DNA of 39,688 nucleotides from Octopus sinensis (GCF_006345805.1 NW_021835541.1:1-39688); one strand, 5' to 3'; positions 12,661 through 26,790 are shown, counted from the first letter of the stretch. Numbers and translations are program-made. Notes: a model not told the origin generated them from the letters alone.

Positions 12661-13288
12661 ATATTTGTATATCTGTATATATGTGCATGTATGTATGTAT
12701 GTAAATATGAACGCATGTACGTATGCACGTATGAGAAAGATAAAATATAGTATCTGTCAAATATTTAGGCAGATCCGTCGATAGCATATCCAACCCACTC
12801 CTGAAACATCAGGCCTTGCGCCTATATTAGGAATCAATATAGCTTCACTACAACTGCATTAATTCATTCCTAACTCCGCTCCTGTTTCAACATTGCTTTT
12901 GCAGAAGCTAAACAATCTGTTGCTACTAGGTAAACTTTATTCTATATCGAAGTTTTAGGAGCCGCAGTATTCTGAGTGATATGTAAATATGACACGTATA
13001 TAAATATTACACGTAGGCAAATACTACACGTATGTAAATATTATTTTAGTGTTTACAATGTGGATAATATTAAACATACTGTATACAACGATTTGTGTGG
13101 AATATATCTTTCGTGCTTGATATGTAAATATTCATTCTGTATTTAGCCCGTTTGGTGTTACACTTTTCCGTTTACATGCGCAAACGTGTGTGTGGGTTTG
13201 CGTATGTATGTATATATGCCTACATATCCATATATATAAATGCAGTAGTAATGATATACTGTACATAGAATAAATGTATTCATACATT

Positions 13289-13374
<86 letters not shown>

Positions 13375-13519
13375 TATATATATATGTATATATTTATGTG
13401 TATAGGCTAAAACTGAGCATAGCTTTGTTTATTAACTTACATGGCTCATTCAAATTGCACGAGTTGGTAGAGCAAGTTTTCCTCCACAGTAACTGTTGCT
13501 TTTTAGTATAGCTGGTAAA

Positions 13520-14520
13520 TAGTGAGTTCGAAACAGAAGCTAAGTAATGTCATTTAAGAGAAGGAAAGATACCAGCAGCTCTCTCACAATAGCAGCATTG
13601 ACGTGTAACGCAGTATGCGCAGATGGTTGGAAAGTCTACGAGAAGTGAAAAAACAGCATTGACGTGTAACGCAGTATGCGCAGATGGTTGGAAAGTCTAC
13701 GAGAAGTGAAAAAACAGCATTACTGAAGAACCATGTAGTGCAAGAACATTGACTGCGACCACTGACATATATTAGCAAGGAGTGGACGAAATTAGATACA
13801 CGGGTAAACGCGTGAGTATCATTGGATTAAAAAAACAATTGGTTGGAAACACTATGTAATTTGGCCTTCGCAGCAGTTGACACATTATTTTAGGGAGAGA
13901 GATGATGGAAGTCTGAGTAATTTCCTGGAAGCGGTTCCAGCCAATGAAATCATGATTATTTTCCGACTTGTTGATAAGGCATGGAACGTAATCGTATCTT
14001 TATGATCCAGAAATGAAAGTTCGAGCTGTAATTTGAGGTTATACTGCTTTCAAAGACTTAAGTATTCTAAGAACTGGAAATCACTACATAAAGTCTTGAC
14101 GACTATTTTTGAGGAAGACAAGGGCGTCATTCTTGATTTTCTGAATCAAGGTTGCACCATGAACAACGAGCGGTATATTGAGACACTTGGGGCACTAGAA
14201 AAGAGCCTGGAAACAATCCACAAACTGCGGCGACACACATCCTTAGAATCAGATCAGGTAATCAGTAAATTCACCCGGCTAGTGATATCTTATTCACCAT
14301 GCAAACCAGATCTGGTACCTTCCGAATTTCACCTGCCTGGACTAGTAAAATACTGTTTTCATGACAGATTTCATAACACAGACGAGGTGAGAATGGATAT
14401 GAAAGTGTGGGTACAACAGCGCAAACCTGAACTTTTTCAAATCAGTTTTCATAGTTACGTTTAGCAACTGCGGCAACGCATCGCTTGTGATGGTGTGATG
14501 GAGACTACGCTAAGTAGTAA
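13520..14520 (+). mobile_element. Decayed mariner (Tc1/mariner) transposase remnant
   Basis: Fragments SIDV*RSMRRWLESLRE...SITEEPCSARTLTATT, TIFEEDKGVILDFLNQGCTMNNERYIETL, YSPCKPDLVPSEFHL and RFHNTDEVRMDMKVWVQQ resemble the mariner motifs DEPRSGRP, VFWD..GVI..DFL..G.TIN...Y and PYSPDLAPSDFHL. No TIRs identified. Confidence 0.85.
13593..13721 (+). repeat. Perfect 61-bp tandem duplication inside the mariner remnant
   Basis: CAGCATTGACGTGTAACG...GAAAAAA starts at 13593 and 13654; a third CAGCATT starts at 13715. Confidence 0.95.
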
Positions 14521-14676
14521 CTTTGTATTGAGAAGAGTTCCTCTGCAATCATGTGCATTTAGAATGACTTATGTGAGGAAAGAAAAACGTCATTTCTATT
14601 AATATATTGTTTTCGATGTGTGTATATGAGTTTGCACATTTAATTACATAATTCTATATATCTATCTAACTATGTG

Positions 14677-14707
<31 letters not shown>

Positions 14708-16699
14708 TAACTTCTTGTAAAAGCTACATGTAATTGTTGTAATGTCACTAGAGTAATATCTCTGGTATAATAGTTTTAGTATATAATAGTCCTATGTAAT
14801 AACTCTGTCTATAATAACTCTAATGTAATATCTCAAGTGCAGAAGAACTTCTTGGTTCAATAAAATCGACTTTTCTGTTCGGTATAAATACTTTTATCCT
14901 GTGATATTCGGTAAACAATTTCGTCGGTTGGTTATAGAATTGTAACGAATAAATTACTAGTGCACTTCATTCCTCTCTATGTCAGTGAGACGGGAGTGGT
15001 GAGAGGGGCGGCATTTGAGTGTAGACCAATTATGAGTGGGGTAATTATATGAAGAACACAGGTCATTTGGTTTTTCTCACTGTCGCTTACGTTTCAGGAA
15101 AATTCATCTCAAACAATATATGCATACGCATACACATGTCGCACGCACATTTATACACATACACACACACTCACATACATACACACACACAATATATATA
15201 CATATATATATATTTGCAAACCAAATCCCAAAAGGAAATATATTATTTATATTATATTATATTATATTATATTATATATATAATATAATATAATATAATA
15301 CAATATAATATAATCTAAATAATATATTTCGTTTTGTGATTTAGTTGGCAAGATTCTTTATGTGAGTTCGTGTGTTGAAGCACATTCTGTTGTTTCTGGG
15401 GAGAGTCATTTTGTTTTTGTACCTTATAATTTAACATACTCATCGGTAAAATTTCCACGTCTTCCTTATTTTTATTTTTCTAAAGTTTACGTTGCGTCTT
15501 GCAACCATTTCAATAGTCTTGACTCTGTCCCTTATTTACACTGCGTTCCTTTTTGTTTGTTTGTGCGCATGTGTGTGGGGCAGTGTGTGTGTGTGCTTAT
15601 ACATGCATGTATATATGTATATATGCATGTGTTTGTCCGTATATATGTGTGAGTATGCATATGTATATATGTATGTATGTGTGTGCATCTGTATGTATGT
15701 GTTCTGTATATTCATGTGCTTGCATGTCCGTGTTTGTGTATTTTTTATGTATGTGTGTTTGTATATGTATGCACCTCTGTCTCCTTGTATGTACATGTCT
15801 GTGTGTGTGTGCGTCTTTTGCAACTATGTATCATGTTTGTATAGATGTGCATCTCCATGTGTGAACACGTGTCTTCATATGTATCCTTATGTGAAGTAAA
15901 GTGTGTGTGTGTGTGTATATATATGGTCATGTGTTTCAGTCTCCATTTGCGCATGTGTGCTCGTCTGTTCATATAACCTATGTATCTATCCGTCTGTATG
16001 TTGATCTGTTTTTTTTTTCATATCTATACGCATAGATACATGTGCATATACACATATATCCTGCACATATGATACAACCCTTGGCAAAATTGCATACATC
16101 GGCCACGTAAATAAGCGCAAATATTACACTGAATTTCACGCATGCGTATGCGTTAAGTGATAGGTGATATAAAAAAAACTTAGTTCAATTAAAAAAGAAT
16201 ACACGTTTCACTATCTAATCACCACCATGACCACTTTCACCACCACTACCACTACCATCATCATCTCTCTCGCCTCCTGTTTCCCCCCCCTCCTCTCCCT
16301 CCCCCTCTCTCTATCACTTCACTCTTTCTGTCTCCCCTCCCTCTCTGCCTTTCTTTAATCTTCCCATTACAACATCACCCCCCCCCTGATAAAATCATAG
16401 TCCTAATTCCCCTCCTCTACATTCAACAAACATTTTTAACCACGTAATAAATATTACGTTCCTCTTACCTCACGTCATGGACGCTTCTCACTCCCCCTTT
16501 TTTCCTCCCTCTTTTTCTCTCTCTATCGTTTTTTTTCTTCCTCTTTTCTTTCTCCCTCAATTTCTCTAATTCCGGGAAAGCATTACTGATGGTCTAAGTA
16601 ACGCAATGACAAAGAGAATTATTATAAGATTTACTAAAATTATCTTCACCTCTATAGGATGCATCATAATAATGAAATGACAATTAAGATCTCAGAGGC

Positions 16700-16990
16700 T
16701 TATCAATTTTTCAAAAAGTTTTCATCGTTCTCGACATAATCAAGGAGATGTTGTGCAACTGAAACCCGAGTGTCTTTTTGGTCAGCTGAAAGCAGCTTTG
16801 ACACAAACTGGGCGGACACGCGTCTCCTACTCTGATCTTCAGTGATAATGGACTGAAGTGAACCGTAACTAATCTGCACATCTTCTCATGACTCATAAAT
16901 GGTTATTGGACGAATTACCCTCGCAGCTGCACGCACATCAGTGATGTTTACCTCAGCTCTGCTGGTTGCGGGTAAGAATCTGTAAGACTT
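16700..16990 (-). mobile_element. Mariner transposase fragment (HTH/linker region)
   Basis: Minus-strand translation TSRAEVNITDVRAAARVIRPITIYES*EDVQISYGSLQSIITEDQSRRRVSAQFVSKLLSADQKDTRVSVAQHLLDYVENDENFLKN matches mariner ...ISYGSVQSILTEDLGMRRVSAKFVPKLL...DENFL. Confidence 0.85.
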
Positions 16991-17204
16991 TCCAGAAGCT
17001 TATCATTTAAATATATTTGAGTATGCTTAGAAATGCAGGAGAAGGCATGCTTAAAACAAAAGAAATTTGCACTAACATACATACACGTATACACAAACAC
17101 ACACATACATAAATACATACATGCATGCATGCATACATACATGTGTACATACATATACATACATATACATACATACTTATTACATACATATATGTGAAGG
17201 CGGC

Positions 17205-17359
17205 CATGCTGGAGCATGAAGAATGCTGGCCCTTGAAGGATTTTGGTCCCTTGAATCGACCCAGTACTTTCTTTTTCGTTTTTTAAGCCAGTTACTTATT
17301 CCATCTATCTCTTTTGCCGAATTGCTAACTTACGTGGACGTAAACACACCAACAACAGT

Positions 17360-17360
<1 letters not shown>
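17205..17360 (-). mobile_element. Old SINE family A-related 3' module; further tail fragments at about 17402-17445 (+) and 17490-17525 (-)
   Basis: GGCCATGCTGGAGCA...CTTTTGCCGAA...GACGTAAACACACC, diverged. Confidence 0.7.
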
Positions 17361-17404
<44 letters not shown>

Positions 17405-17702
17405 GGCGGTGCCCCAGCATGGCCAAGCTCATAGGCTGGAACTGGAATCAATCAATCAATCATATATATATATATATAAAATGTTCCATTCATTAGACTG
17501 CACCCATGCTGGGGCATCGTCTCGAAAGATTTATATACAGATATCTGTGACTATGTGTGTGAATGTATGTGTGTAACAAAATAAATAAAATAATAAGATC
17601 GGGTATCCTTCTCGAGTTAGGGTCTCATCCGGTTCCTTGGGTTCTGTGACGTATACATTCCCGCGTGGCCGGGATGCCGATCCGTCGTAAGAGTTCTCAT
17701 TT

Positions 17703-17864
17703 ATATACGACAGGCTTCTTTCAGCTTCCACCACCCAGATCCACTCATGAGGCTTTGGTCGGCCCGAGGTTATAGTAGAAGACACCGAAGCTGGCACGCA
17801 GCGGAACTGAACCCAGAACAATGTGGTTGGGAAGCAAACTACTTAGCCCAATCGCTTCTGCGCC
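17703..17864 (-). mobile_element. Diverged SINE family A 5' module
   Basis: Minus strand GGCGCAG...ACCACATTGTTCTGGGTTCAGTTCC...GAAAGAAGCCTGTCGTATATA. Confidence 0.8.
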
Positions 17865-17887
17865 CATACAAATATAAAATACACCAC

Positions 17888-17919
<32 letters not shown>

Positions 17920-18114
17920 TCACACACACATACGCACACACAAAGCCACAGTGATTCAATACACATGAACATCCCTGGAATCCTTCAAAACATCAAGGTT
18001 TCTAATCTCAGTTGCCACTGTGTTCTATCGTTTCTTCATTTATTGGAACAAGTTGTAGCAACAGTGTGAGACGCCATCATTATGTTTCTTTACGATATCA
18101 CATTTCTAAATTTA

Positions 18115-18401
18115 TCTTTTACTCTTTTACGAGTTTCAGTCATTTGACTGCGGCCATGCCGGAGCACCGCCTTTAGTCGAAGAAATCGACCCCAGGACTT
18201 ATTATTTGTAAGCCTTGTACATATTCTATCGGTCGCTTGTGCCGAACCGCTAAGTTACGGGGACGTAAACACACCCGCATCGGTTGTCAAGCGATGTTGG
18301 GGACAAGCACAGACAGACAAATATACATACACACATACACACATACACACACACACACACACGTACACCCACATATATATATATATTATATATATATATA
18401 T

Positions 18402-18444
<43 letters not shown>

Positions 18445-18599
18445 TACGATGGTCTTCTTTCAGTTTCCGTCTACCAAATCCACTCACAGGGCTTTGGTCG
18501 GCCCGAGAAGACACCTGCCCAAAATGTCACGCAGTGGGGCTGAACCCGCAACCATGTGGTTGGTAAACAAGCTACTTACCACACAGCCACTCCTGCGCC
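18115..18599 (-). mobile_element. SINE family A, full length
   Basis: From GGCGCAGGAGTGGCTG (A-box-like) and GGTTCAGCCCC (B-box-like) to the (AAAAGAGT)n tail; small internal deletion near 18505. Confidence 0.93.
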
Positions 18600-18677
18600 T
18601 ACATCGATTAATCATATATTGACATATCGATTCTCGATATCTTTACAATCGAAGCTTGGAGTCAAAATATTTTAATG

Positions 18678-19080
18678 CTAGCAGTATAGCCCAACGTTGC
18701 TCGGGTTTGTTTTCTTTTCAACCCTTTAGAATTGGAATCTTTGAAAAGTAAATAAGTTGCATTATGTAACTTGTTATTCTCTTTAAGTGAATATTTTTCT
18801 GGTTGAAATACACCGAAAAATGGCAACACAGCAGTCAAAAAGTCGTTAAAAATAGGGATTTTCATAGCAAAAATGCACCTTTATGATGAAAATAATTTTG
18901 GGTCTTAACATGGTCCGATTTGAATTTTTCCCTTCTACGGAATGAAGAGCAAGCCTTCTTCTATCGTACTCTCAATTTTGGTCAACTTGCGCCGCAGGGT
19001 CTCGGAGGAGATAGTGTTAGTTGAACGCTACCAAACCTGCCACACACACACACAGACAACATTCAGCTTTATATATATAT
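18678..19080 (-). mobile_element. Non-autonomous Helitron (~400 bp)
   Basis: Minus strand begins TATATATATAAAGCTGAATGTTGTCTGTGTG and ends CCCGAGCAACGTTGGG hairpin (18705-18690), 8 nt, then CTAG (18681-18678). This is the standard invertebrate Helitron end, although the next base is C rather than the usual T. Confidence 0.8.
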
Positions 19081-19479
19081 AACATATAACATAACATAAC
19101 ATATAACATTACGTGATCTATGGTTGAAACTCTGAACATATTGTTATATAACGCTCTTGTAAAAGTGTAATGTTTTTCATTTCTACAAATGCTTTTTCCC
19201 CAAAATTATATATCAACATCACCATAATTGCACCATCATTATCACTTTTGACATCGATGTTATGTGTCAGTGTAACCGTCATCGCTATCACAGCTCCGTT
19301 CGCATCGTCATCACCGTTCGTATTGCCGTCAAGTTCATTGTGTGGGTCGTCGTCGAGGTCGCTGCATCATCGTCATTGTCATAGTGATCGTTTTACTGCA
19401 ACTTTCGCGGTTGCCACCGTCGTCTTTGCCATCGTGTCATCACCGTAATCGTCGTCAGCGTTATTAACTGCCTTACTTT

Positions 19480-19850
19480 TATTATCATCATCATTCTCAT
19501 CTTCATCACCTCCTTTACCATAACCATCATTGTCATCATCATCATCATCATCATCATCATTACTACCACCACCATCACCATCATCATCATCACCACCACC
19601 ACTACCATTATTATCATCATCACCACCACCACTACCATTATCATCATCATCATCGCGACCACCAAATTCATCATCATCATCACCACCATTATCACTACCA
19701 CCATCATCACCACCACCACCATTATCGTCATCATCATCATCATCATCACGACCACAAAATTCATCAACATCATCACCACGATCCTCATCATCACCACCAG
19801 TATCACTACCACCATCATGAACAATAACTACAAAAGCAACAACAACAGTG
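19480..19850. repeat. Degenerate (ATC)n/(ACC)n trinucleotide tract
   Basis: Read directly. Confidence 0.95.
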
Positions 19851-20504
19851 CTGAAAGTGGAAACTGGATTACATCATTTGGTTAACTGAAGCCACACCCC
19901 ACCCCTTCACCTCATACATACACTCACACACTCATACACAAATCCACGCACACACAAACACCAACTTCCGGTCACTCAGCAGAGTCTCCTATGGGAATTT
20001 TAATTTTACTCGTATGTCCAGACAACATGTCTAGTCCCGGAATGAACGTTAAATTGGGAACAATAAGGAATTTCTACCAAACCTGTCCTCCTCTCCACTT
20101 CCCTCCCCTTTCTCTCCTTCTCTCCTTCATATCAAACCGTCAACCAATCTCCTTATACGGTAAGTTACGACCGCCATAAATCCATCACAAATATAATTTG
20201 AAAAGATTTATACAAAACGTTATAGACACCGTCAATTACCTCCCTTCGCTTCGTTACACACTGACTCATAATCTTTATCACGAATCTATGAAAGACATTA
20301 TAAGCTCTTTACAACTCCTGACACTATTTCACGTAACAAATTAACTTACAACTTAAAAGCATTTCTTTATTTATCTATTCGTTTATCTATCTCACTATCT
20401 GTCAACACTACCAAATGTTCTCTTGTACTTTAACCATTCCTACACGCCCTTACACATTATTTAAACTTTTCCTTTTTTTCTTCTTCCTCCTTATCTTCTT
20501 TCCC

Positions 20505-20507
20505 CTT

Positions 20508-20572
<65 letters not shown>

Positions 20573-20662
20573 TTATTATTATTATTATTATTATTATTAT
20601 GTTATGATTATTCTTTCTCTTCCTTTCCTCTTCTTCTTTTCTTCTTCTTCTTCTTCTTCTTC

Positions 20663-20706
<44 letters not shown>

Positions 20707-20863
20707 GTTATTATTATTATTATTATCTTCTTTCCTCTTCTTCTTTTTCTTCTTCTTTTTCTTCTTCTTCTTCTTATTATTATTCTTATTGTTATTATTA
20801 TCATTATTATTATTATTGTTGTTATTATTATTGTTATTATTATTATTCTTATTATTCTTATTA

Positions 20864-20895
<32 letters not shown>

Positions 20896-20970
20896 GTTAT
20901 TATTATTATTATTATTATCATCATCATCATCATCATCATCATCATCTCATCATCATCATCGTCATCATCG
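20505..20970. repeat. Compound (TTC)n/(TTA)n/(ATC)n microsatellite
   Basis: Read directly. Confidence 0.95.
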
Positions 20971-22498
20971 TTATGTTACTTGCGATTGACAGAATGAATG
21001 GACAATAAAACTCTAGACTAATCATATTTATGATATTGTAAGATATACGGAAATATCTCTCTACATTCCGATTTCAAATCCCTCAACTGGCGCCTTAGTT
21101 TCTCAAACTTCTCGTGATAAATATAATCATTACAATACAATCGATGCGTAACGCAATCGACTGTAACTTCTGGTCTAATATAAAACTAAAGCCTGGTACT
21201 CCACAGCGCAAGAAATCATTACTATTATTCTATATTCCAGCATTGTCGGCAAAATAAGTAGGTAGATCAATGCATTGTGGGCTAAATTTTTAGAAGGCAA
21301 ATCTCTGTAGAAACCTGCCCTACACACACACGCACTCAAGCACACATACACATACACGCACACACACACACGCATACGCATAGATATACTCAAACACACA
21401 CAAACATTCGCGCACATGCTGTCTCTCTCTCTCTCACACACACACAAGCATACACAACCACATACGCGCAGACACACATTCACACACAAACTTATACAAG
21501 CTGACACACTAATAAACACACGCTCACATACACACTCACACACAAGCACCCAAACGCAACCACACATACACACATACATACATACATGCACACACACTTA
21601 CATTACCCAGCAAAGCTATGGGTGAACTAAAACTTGTAAACATTCATTCAATGCTATTCATGTGCAATAAAATTGCTGAAATCACACACACGCGCACGCA
21701 GACACAGCAGTATATAAATCTATAACAGACAAATAAAGGTGTTTCAAATACCATACAACATAAATTCTCTTTTTATCCGTTTCTTGAGGGTCCGTTGAAA
21801 TTGCGACTAAAACCAGCTCCACTTGAGCAAGGGGGATTATCTCTAGGATTCCAGAATCCCCCAGATTCAAGAATACACCGAATGTCAATGAAGAAAAAGA
21901 CATGCTTGTTGCTTGCCGATAAGAAAGTCATGGATACGTGTGGCAATTTTCTGAACTTTTCTCCTGTAGTCGAAGCAGTGTAGAAAGCGTTTATCGCCTA
22001 GGTAATTTACATAATTTATACGAAAATGAGATAGATATGTGCGTGCTAGTGTTTGTCCCACTCATCCAATGCTTGACAACCGGGGGGGGGGGGTACTGAA
22101 ATAGGAAAGCACAGGGATAGGGTCGTATTAAATAAAGGGAACCGTGAATAATAAAAAAAGCATAAGAACAAATATCTACATACTGACGTATAGGTAGTTT
22201 ATTATTCCAGTTGTATATACGATAAACAGCACACTACTTAGTACATTATGCTTCTCAAGACTTGGGAATACAAGCTGCACCAATTCTACTGCACTTGATT
22301 GACACTACATTTCACGCTAATTGCAGGTTCCGAATAAGGTAAATAATAAATAAATGACAACAGATGGATAATCGTCAGTCACTACGGCTGTTTCCAACGA
22401 TTTCTTTAATTTAGTATTAGAAATGTAACATCTTTATTCATTAATTAAAGAATTCGTTGGAAATAGCTGTAGTGAATGAAACATTATTCATCTGTTAT

Positions 22499-22555
<57 letters not shown>

Positions 22556-22568
22556 GTGTGTATGTATG

Positions 22569-22609
<41 letters not shown>

Positions 22610-23883
22610 ATGTGTATATATATATACATATATAATAATAATATTAGGGAATATTCCAAACTTACAGGGAAAAATTCAATTTAGTAATACTAAATCAAAT
22701 TTCACAATACATAATATATGTATATAAATGAGAGAAGAACCACATTTTGTCAATTGAACAATAAAATAACAATTATATAATTAAATTATACCATATACAA
22801 AAAAAGTAACTATACGATAAAACATATACCAGTAATTAAGTATATTTAATTTTTTTCTATATGTTATAATTTAATTATATCATTGTTATTTCAGTGTTGT
22901 ATTGATAAAAGGTGGTTCATCTCTAATTTATAAGCTTATATACATATATATACGTATATACATACATACATACATACATATATATATATATGCATATACT
23001 TATACATATACATTCATATATTCATATATGCATACATTGATACATACATATATATACATATATATATATATACATATACATATACATATATATATTTGAG
23101 GGACTACTTTCAGTTTATACATCTACTAATCCTCTCATATGGTTTTTTCATCTTGGAGCTATAGTAGGAGAAGTTGCCACATAGTAGGACCGAACCCAAA
23201 AGTTATATGCGTTATGTATTCTGAAATAAATTCTGTCAGTCAACCCTAATTGTTCATAGTTCGAATTAGAGTCACAGCAACAAAGTCGAATGGGTTAACA
23301 GAAGCGGCCGCTTTTCCTTAAAGATCAAGTGATTTTCAAGTGCGATATTATACAGTTTTCGTTTCATTCGCTGCACGTGGATTATAGGTAATCTGTCTTT
23401 TGGAACCGCTTCACGTTTTCTAGGCAGAGAATCTTTGGCAAAGTGAAGAACATAAACACTACAAAAAATAATTTAGACTGCTGTTGCTCTAGAACTGTCA
23501 TGTCTGTCTATGCATGAAAAATTAGAATTGGGCGAGCGCCAAACTAAATGATTGACGGCGTTCATTTCACTGCCAGCCTCATTATTTTCTACAGTAAAAC
23601 GCAGTTCAAATTCTACTGGGATAGACATTATAGCAAATTTCTTCAAATTTATGAAGTACGAACTTTATACTACATGACTCAAGAACATACGCAGGAAAAT
23701 GCATGTATACTAGGGGAAAACCAATTAAACCTTGGGTAAAAATCAAGTTTATAAAGGGATAAATTCAAGAGCATAGAAGGCAAGCTAAAAGGGAATCAAT
23801 ATCATAGTTACACTGGAGCAGACATCAAGACTGTAGCAAAGTAAAATCAAGATTATATTGACGGCAAAAACTACGATTATACA

Positions 23884-24228
23884 GGCGCAGGAGTGGCTGT
23901 GTGGTAAGGAGTTTGCTTACCAACTACATCGTTCCGGGTTCAGTCCCACTGCGTGGCACCACGGGCAAGTGTCTTCTACTATAGCCTCGGGCCGACCAAA
24001 TGTGTGTGTGTGTGCGTGTGTGTGTGTGTGTGTTTGTGTGCCTGTGTTTGTCGCCCAACATCGCTTGACAACCAATGCTGGTGTGTTTACGTCCTCGTAA
24101 CTTAGCGGTTCGGCAAAAGAGACCGATAGAATAAGTACTAGGTTTACAAAAAATAAGTCCTGGCGTCGATTTGCTCGACTAAAGGCGGTGCTCACTGAAA
24201 AAGTAAAAGAGAAAAAAAGAGTAAAAGG
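23884..24228 (+). mobile_element. SINE family A with two internal deletions
   Basis: Head intact; lacks GCCTTGTGAG...GTCGTATA and part of the tail stem-loop (GGTGCTC joined to ACTGAAA). Confidence 0.9.
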
Positions 24229-24248
24229 GTTACTAAAATCCTTCTATT

Positions 24249-24520
24249 AGGAGTGACTGTATGGTAAGTAGCTTGCTAACCAACCACATGGTTCCGGGTT
24301 CAGTCCCACTGCGTGGCACCTTGGGCAAGTGTCTTCTGCTATAGCCCCGGGCCGACCAAAGCCTTGTGAGTAGATTTGGTAGACGGAAACTGAAAGAAGC
24401 CTGTCGTATATATGTATATATATATATGTATATGTGTGTGTGTTTGTGTGTCTGTGGTTGTCCCCTAGCATTGCTTGACAACCAATGCTGGTGTGTTTAC
24501 GTCCCCGTCACTTAACGGTT
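24249..24520 (+). mobile_element. SINE family A lacking its 3' end; followed by (GTT)n
   Basis: Colinear with full copies up to CACTTAACGGTT. Confidence 0.9.
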
Positions 24521-24527
24521 TTGTCGC

Positions 24528-24561
<34 letters not shown>

Positions 24562-24699
24562 AATACTATTGATAATGTAAACAGTTTTATGAAATAAGGT
24601 TAGATTAAATTTGTGGGGCAAGATTAATCTGTATGTATATGCGTGTCGAACACAAAGGTAGGGGAAAATGAAAGAAGAAAGAGATTGGGTTTGAGAAAG

Positions 24700-24777
<78 letters not shown>

Positions 24778-26790
24778 ACTGAAGACAGCCACAGAAAGAA
24801 GAAAGGCCTCAGTATGGCCTGGATTGACTACAAAAAGGTGTTTGATAGCATCCCCCACACATGGATCCTCGAAACACTAGCCATTAACAAAGTAGCACCA
24901 ACAATCATAAAATTCATAGAGCACTCTATGAATAAATGGCAAACAGTCCTACACCTCCAAACAAAAGAGGGACTCATGAAAACCAAAGACATCCCCATTA
25001 GAAGAGGAATATTCCAGGGAGACACGCTCTCTCCACTCCTTTTCTGCTTGGCACTGTCACCTCTATCTGATATGCTAAATAGAACTGGATGCGGATATAA
25101 ATGTTACGGCAAAACGATCAGCCACCTTTTATATATGGATGACCTAAAACTATACGCTGCAAATGACAAACAGCTGGAAACACTATTAAAGACAGTTCAT
25201 GGATTTACCAAAGAAATAGATATGAAATTTGGATTAGAAAAATGCGCCAAAGTAACCATGAAAAGAGGAAAACTAGTTAAGAGTAACAACATCACACTAG
25301 ATAAAACCAATGAAATAAAAGAATTAGACCAAAGCCAAACTTACAAATACTTAGGAATCTATGAACTAGATAAGACACAACACACACAAATGAAAGAGAA
25401 AATAAAAAAAGAATATTATAGACGAGTTAGATCAATACTAAAAACAGAACTCAATGCTAAAAACAAGATAATAGGTATCAACACTTTAGCTGTCCCAGTT
25501 ATAAGTTACAGCTACAATATCCTTAACTGGACACGAAATGAACTGTCCAAAATAGATAGGAAAACAAGAAAAATACTGACAGGATCTAGGATGCATCACC
25601 CAAAATCTGACATAGAAAGACTATACATACAACGTATAGATGGTGGTAGAGGCCTTATACAGCTGGAAAACTACTATAAAATAACCACCATAGGACTGCA
25701 AAAATACCTACTTCAGAAGGAAGGAAAACTGATCCAGATAGCAGCAAAACACGAGCAAAACAAAAAACTGTTCTCAGTATTTAAGGAAGCTGACAAATAC
25801 AAACAAGAAATCATACCACCTAATAAACACAAAGAAGAAGAAGAAGATGATGAAGAAACAACAAAAGCTATAAAACAAATGAAATCCAAACTAAAAATAG
25901 AACAGCAACGAGCCATGATAAAACGATGGTAAGAAAAGCCCCTTCATGGTAAATACTGCACTAAACTAAACGCAAAAGAAATAGACAAAGAAAAATCCCA
26001 GCAATGGTTGAGAAGCTCAGGACTCAAAGCAGAAACAGAGGGATTTTTAATTGCAGCACAAGACCAAAGCCTCCCCACCAGAAATTACCAAAAACATGTA
26101 ATGAAAAGAAATATTACAAGTAACTGCAGAATATGTGGAGATGGACAAGAAACAATAAATCATATTATCTCTAGCTGCCCAGTCCTGGCTAAGAAGGAAT
26201 ATATTCACAGACATGACAGAGTTGGAACCTACATACATTGGAAGCTATGCCAACATTATGGAATAACAACAGAAAAAAGATGGTATAGGCACACACCAGA
26301 AAAGGTCACAGAAAACGAGAAAGCAACCATACTCTGGGATATGCCGATACACACAGATAGAGAAATTAAGGCCAACAGACCAGATATAGTTGTCAGAGAT
26401 CATGAAGAAAAAAATGCTTTCTAATTGATGTATCAATACCGGCAGATGACAACGTGTCTCTAAAAGAAATGGAGAAACTCTCAAAATACAAAGACCTGGA
26501 AATAGAGGTAACTAGAATGTGGAACCTGAAAACAGAAACAATTCCTATCATAGTAGGTGCATAGGCATGATAAAAAAATATTCAGACAAATACATAACAA
26601 AAACACCAGGACTTACAAACACATATAACATACAGAAAATTGCACTACTAGGCACTGCACACATCCTACGCAGAACACTTTCCATACAATAACCATCAGA
26701 GCATCACAACAAATCACAGCACATACCCAAGGCACACAGAGCTGCGCTCGGTAGTGAAGTGAAATCACGCTATAAAAATAAAACTACTGA
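24778..26790 (+). mobile_element. 5'-truncated R4/Dong-clade non-LTR retrotransposon (RT + CCHC + restriction-like endonuclease)
   Basis: RT motifs WIDYKKVFDSIPH, GIFQGDTLSPLLF, HLLYMDDLKLY, YKYLG; zinc motif CRICG...ETINHIISSC; REL motif RPDIVV...LIDVSIP...EKLSKYKDL; ~100-nt 3' UTR; (TAA)n on both sides (24701-24766 and 26790-26912). Confidence 0.92.
24779..26692 (+). pseudogene. R4/Dong ORF, disrupted (begins inside the RT domain)
   Basis: In-frame TAA at 25930-25932 (RW*EKPLHGKY), 1-nt frameshifts near 26415 (A-run) and 26560 (GA-LG), natural stop at 26690-26692. The poly-Ile N-terminus of the track ORF is the flanking microsatellite. Confidence 0.9.

Noticed and set aside
19966-20160. 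ETS-like ACTTCCGG motif, CAACATG start and a downstream GTAAGT donor, suggesting a first exon
   Set aside because: The putative exon runs through a C/T low-complexity tract and there is no other promoter evidence.
23270-23430. Two overlapping open frames on the minus strand after a weak acceptor
   Set aside because: No good donor and no recognisable peptide; expected by chance.
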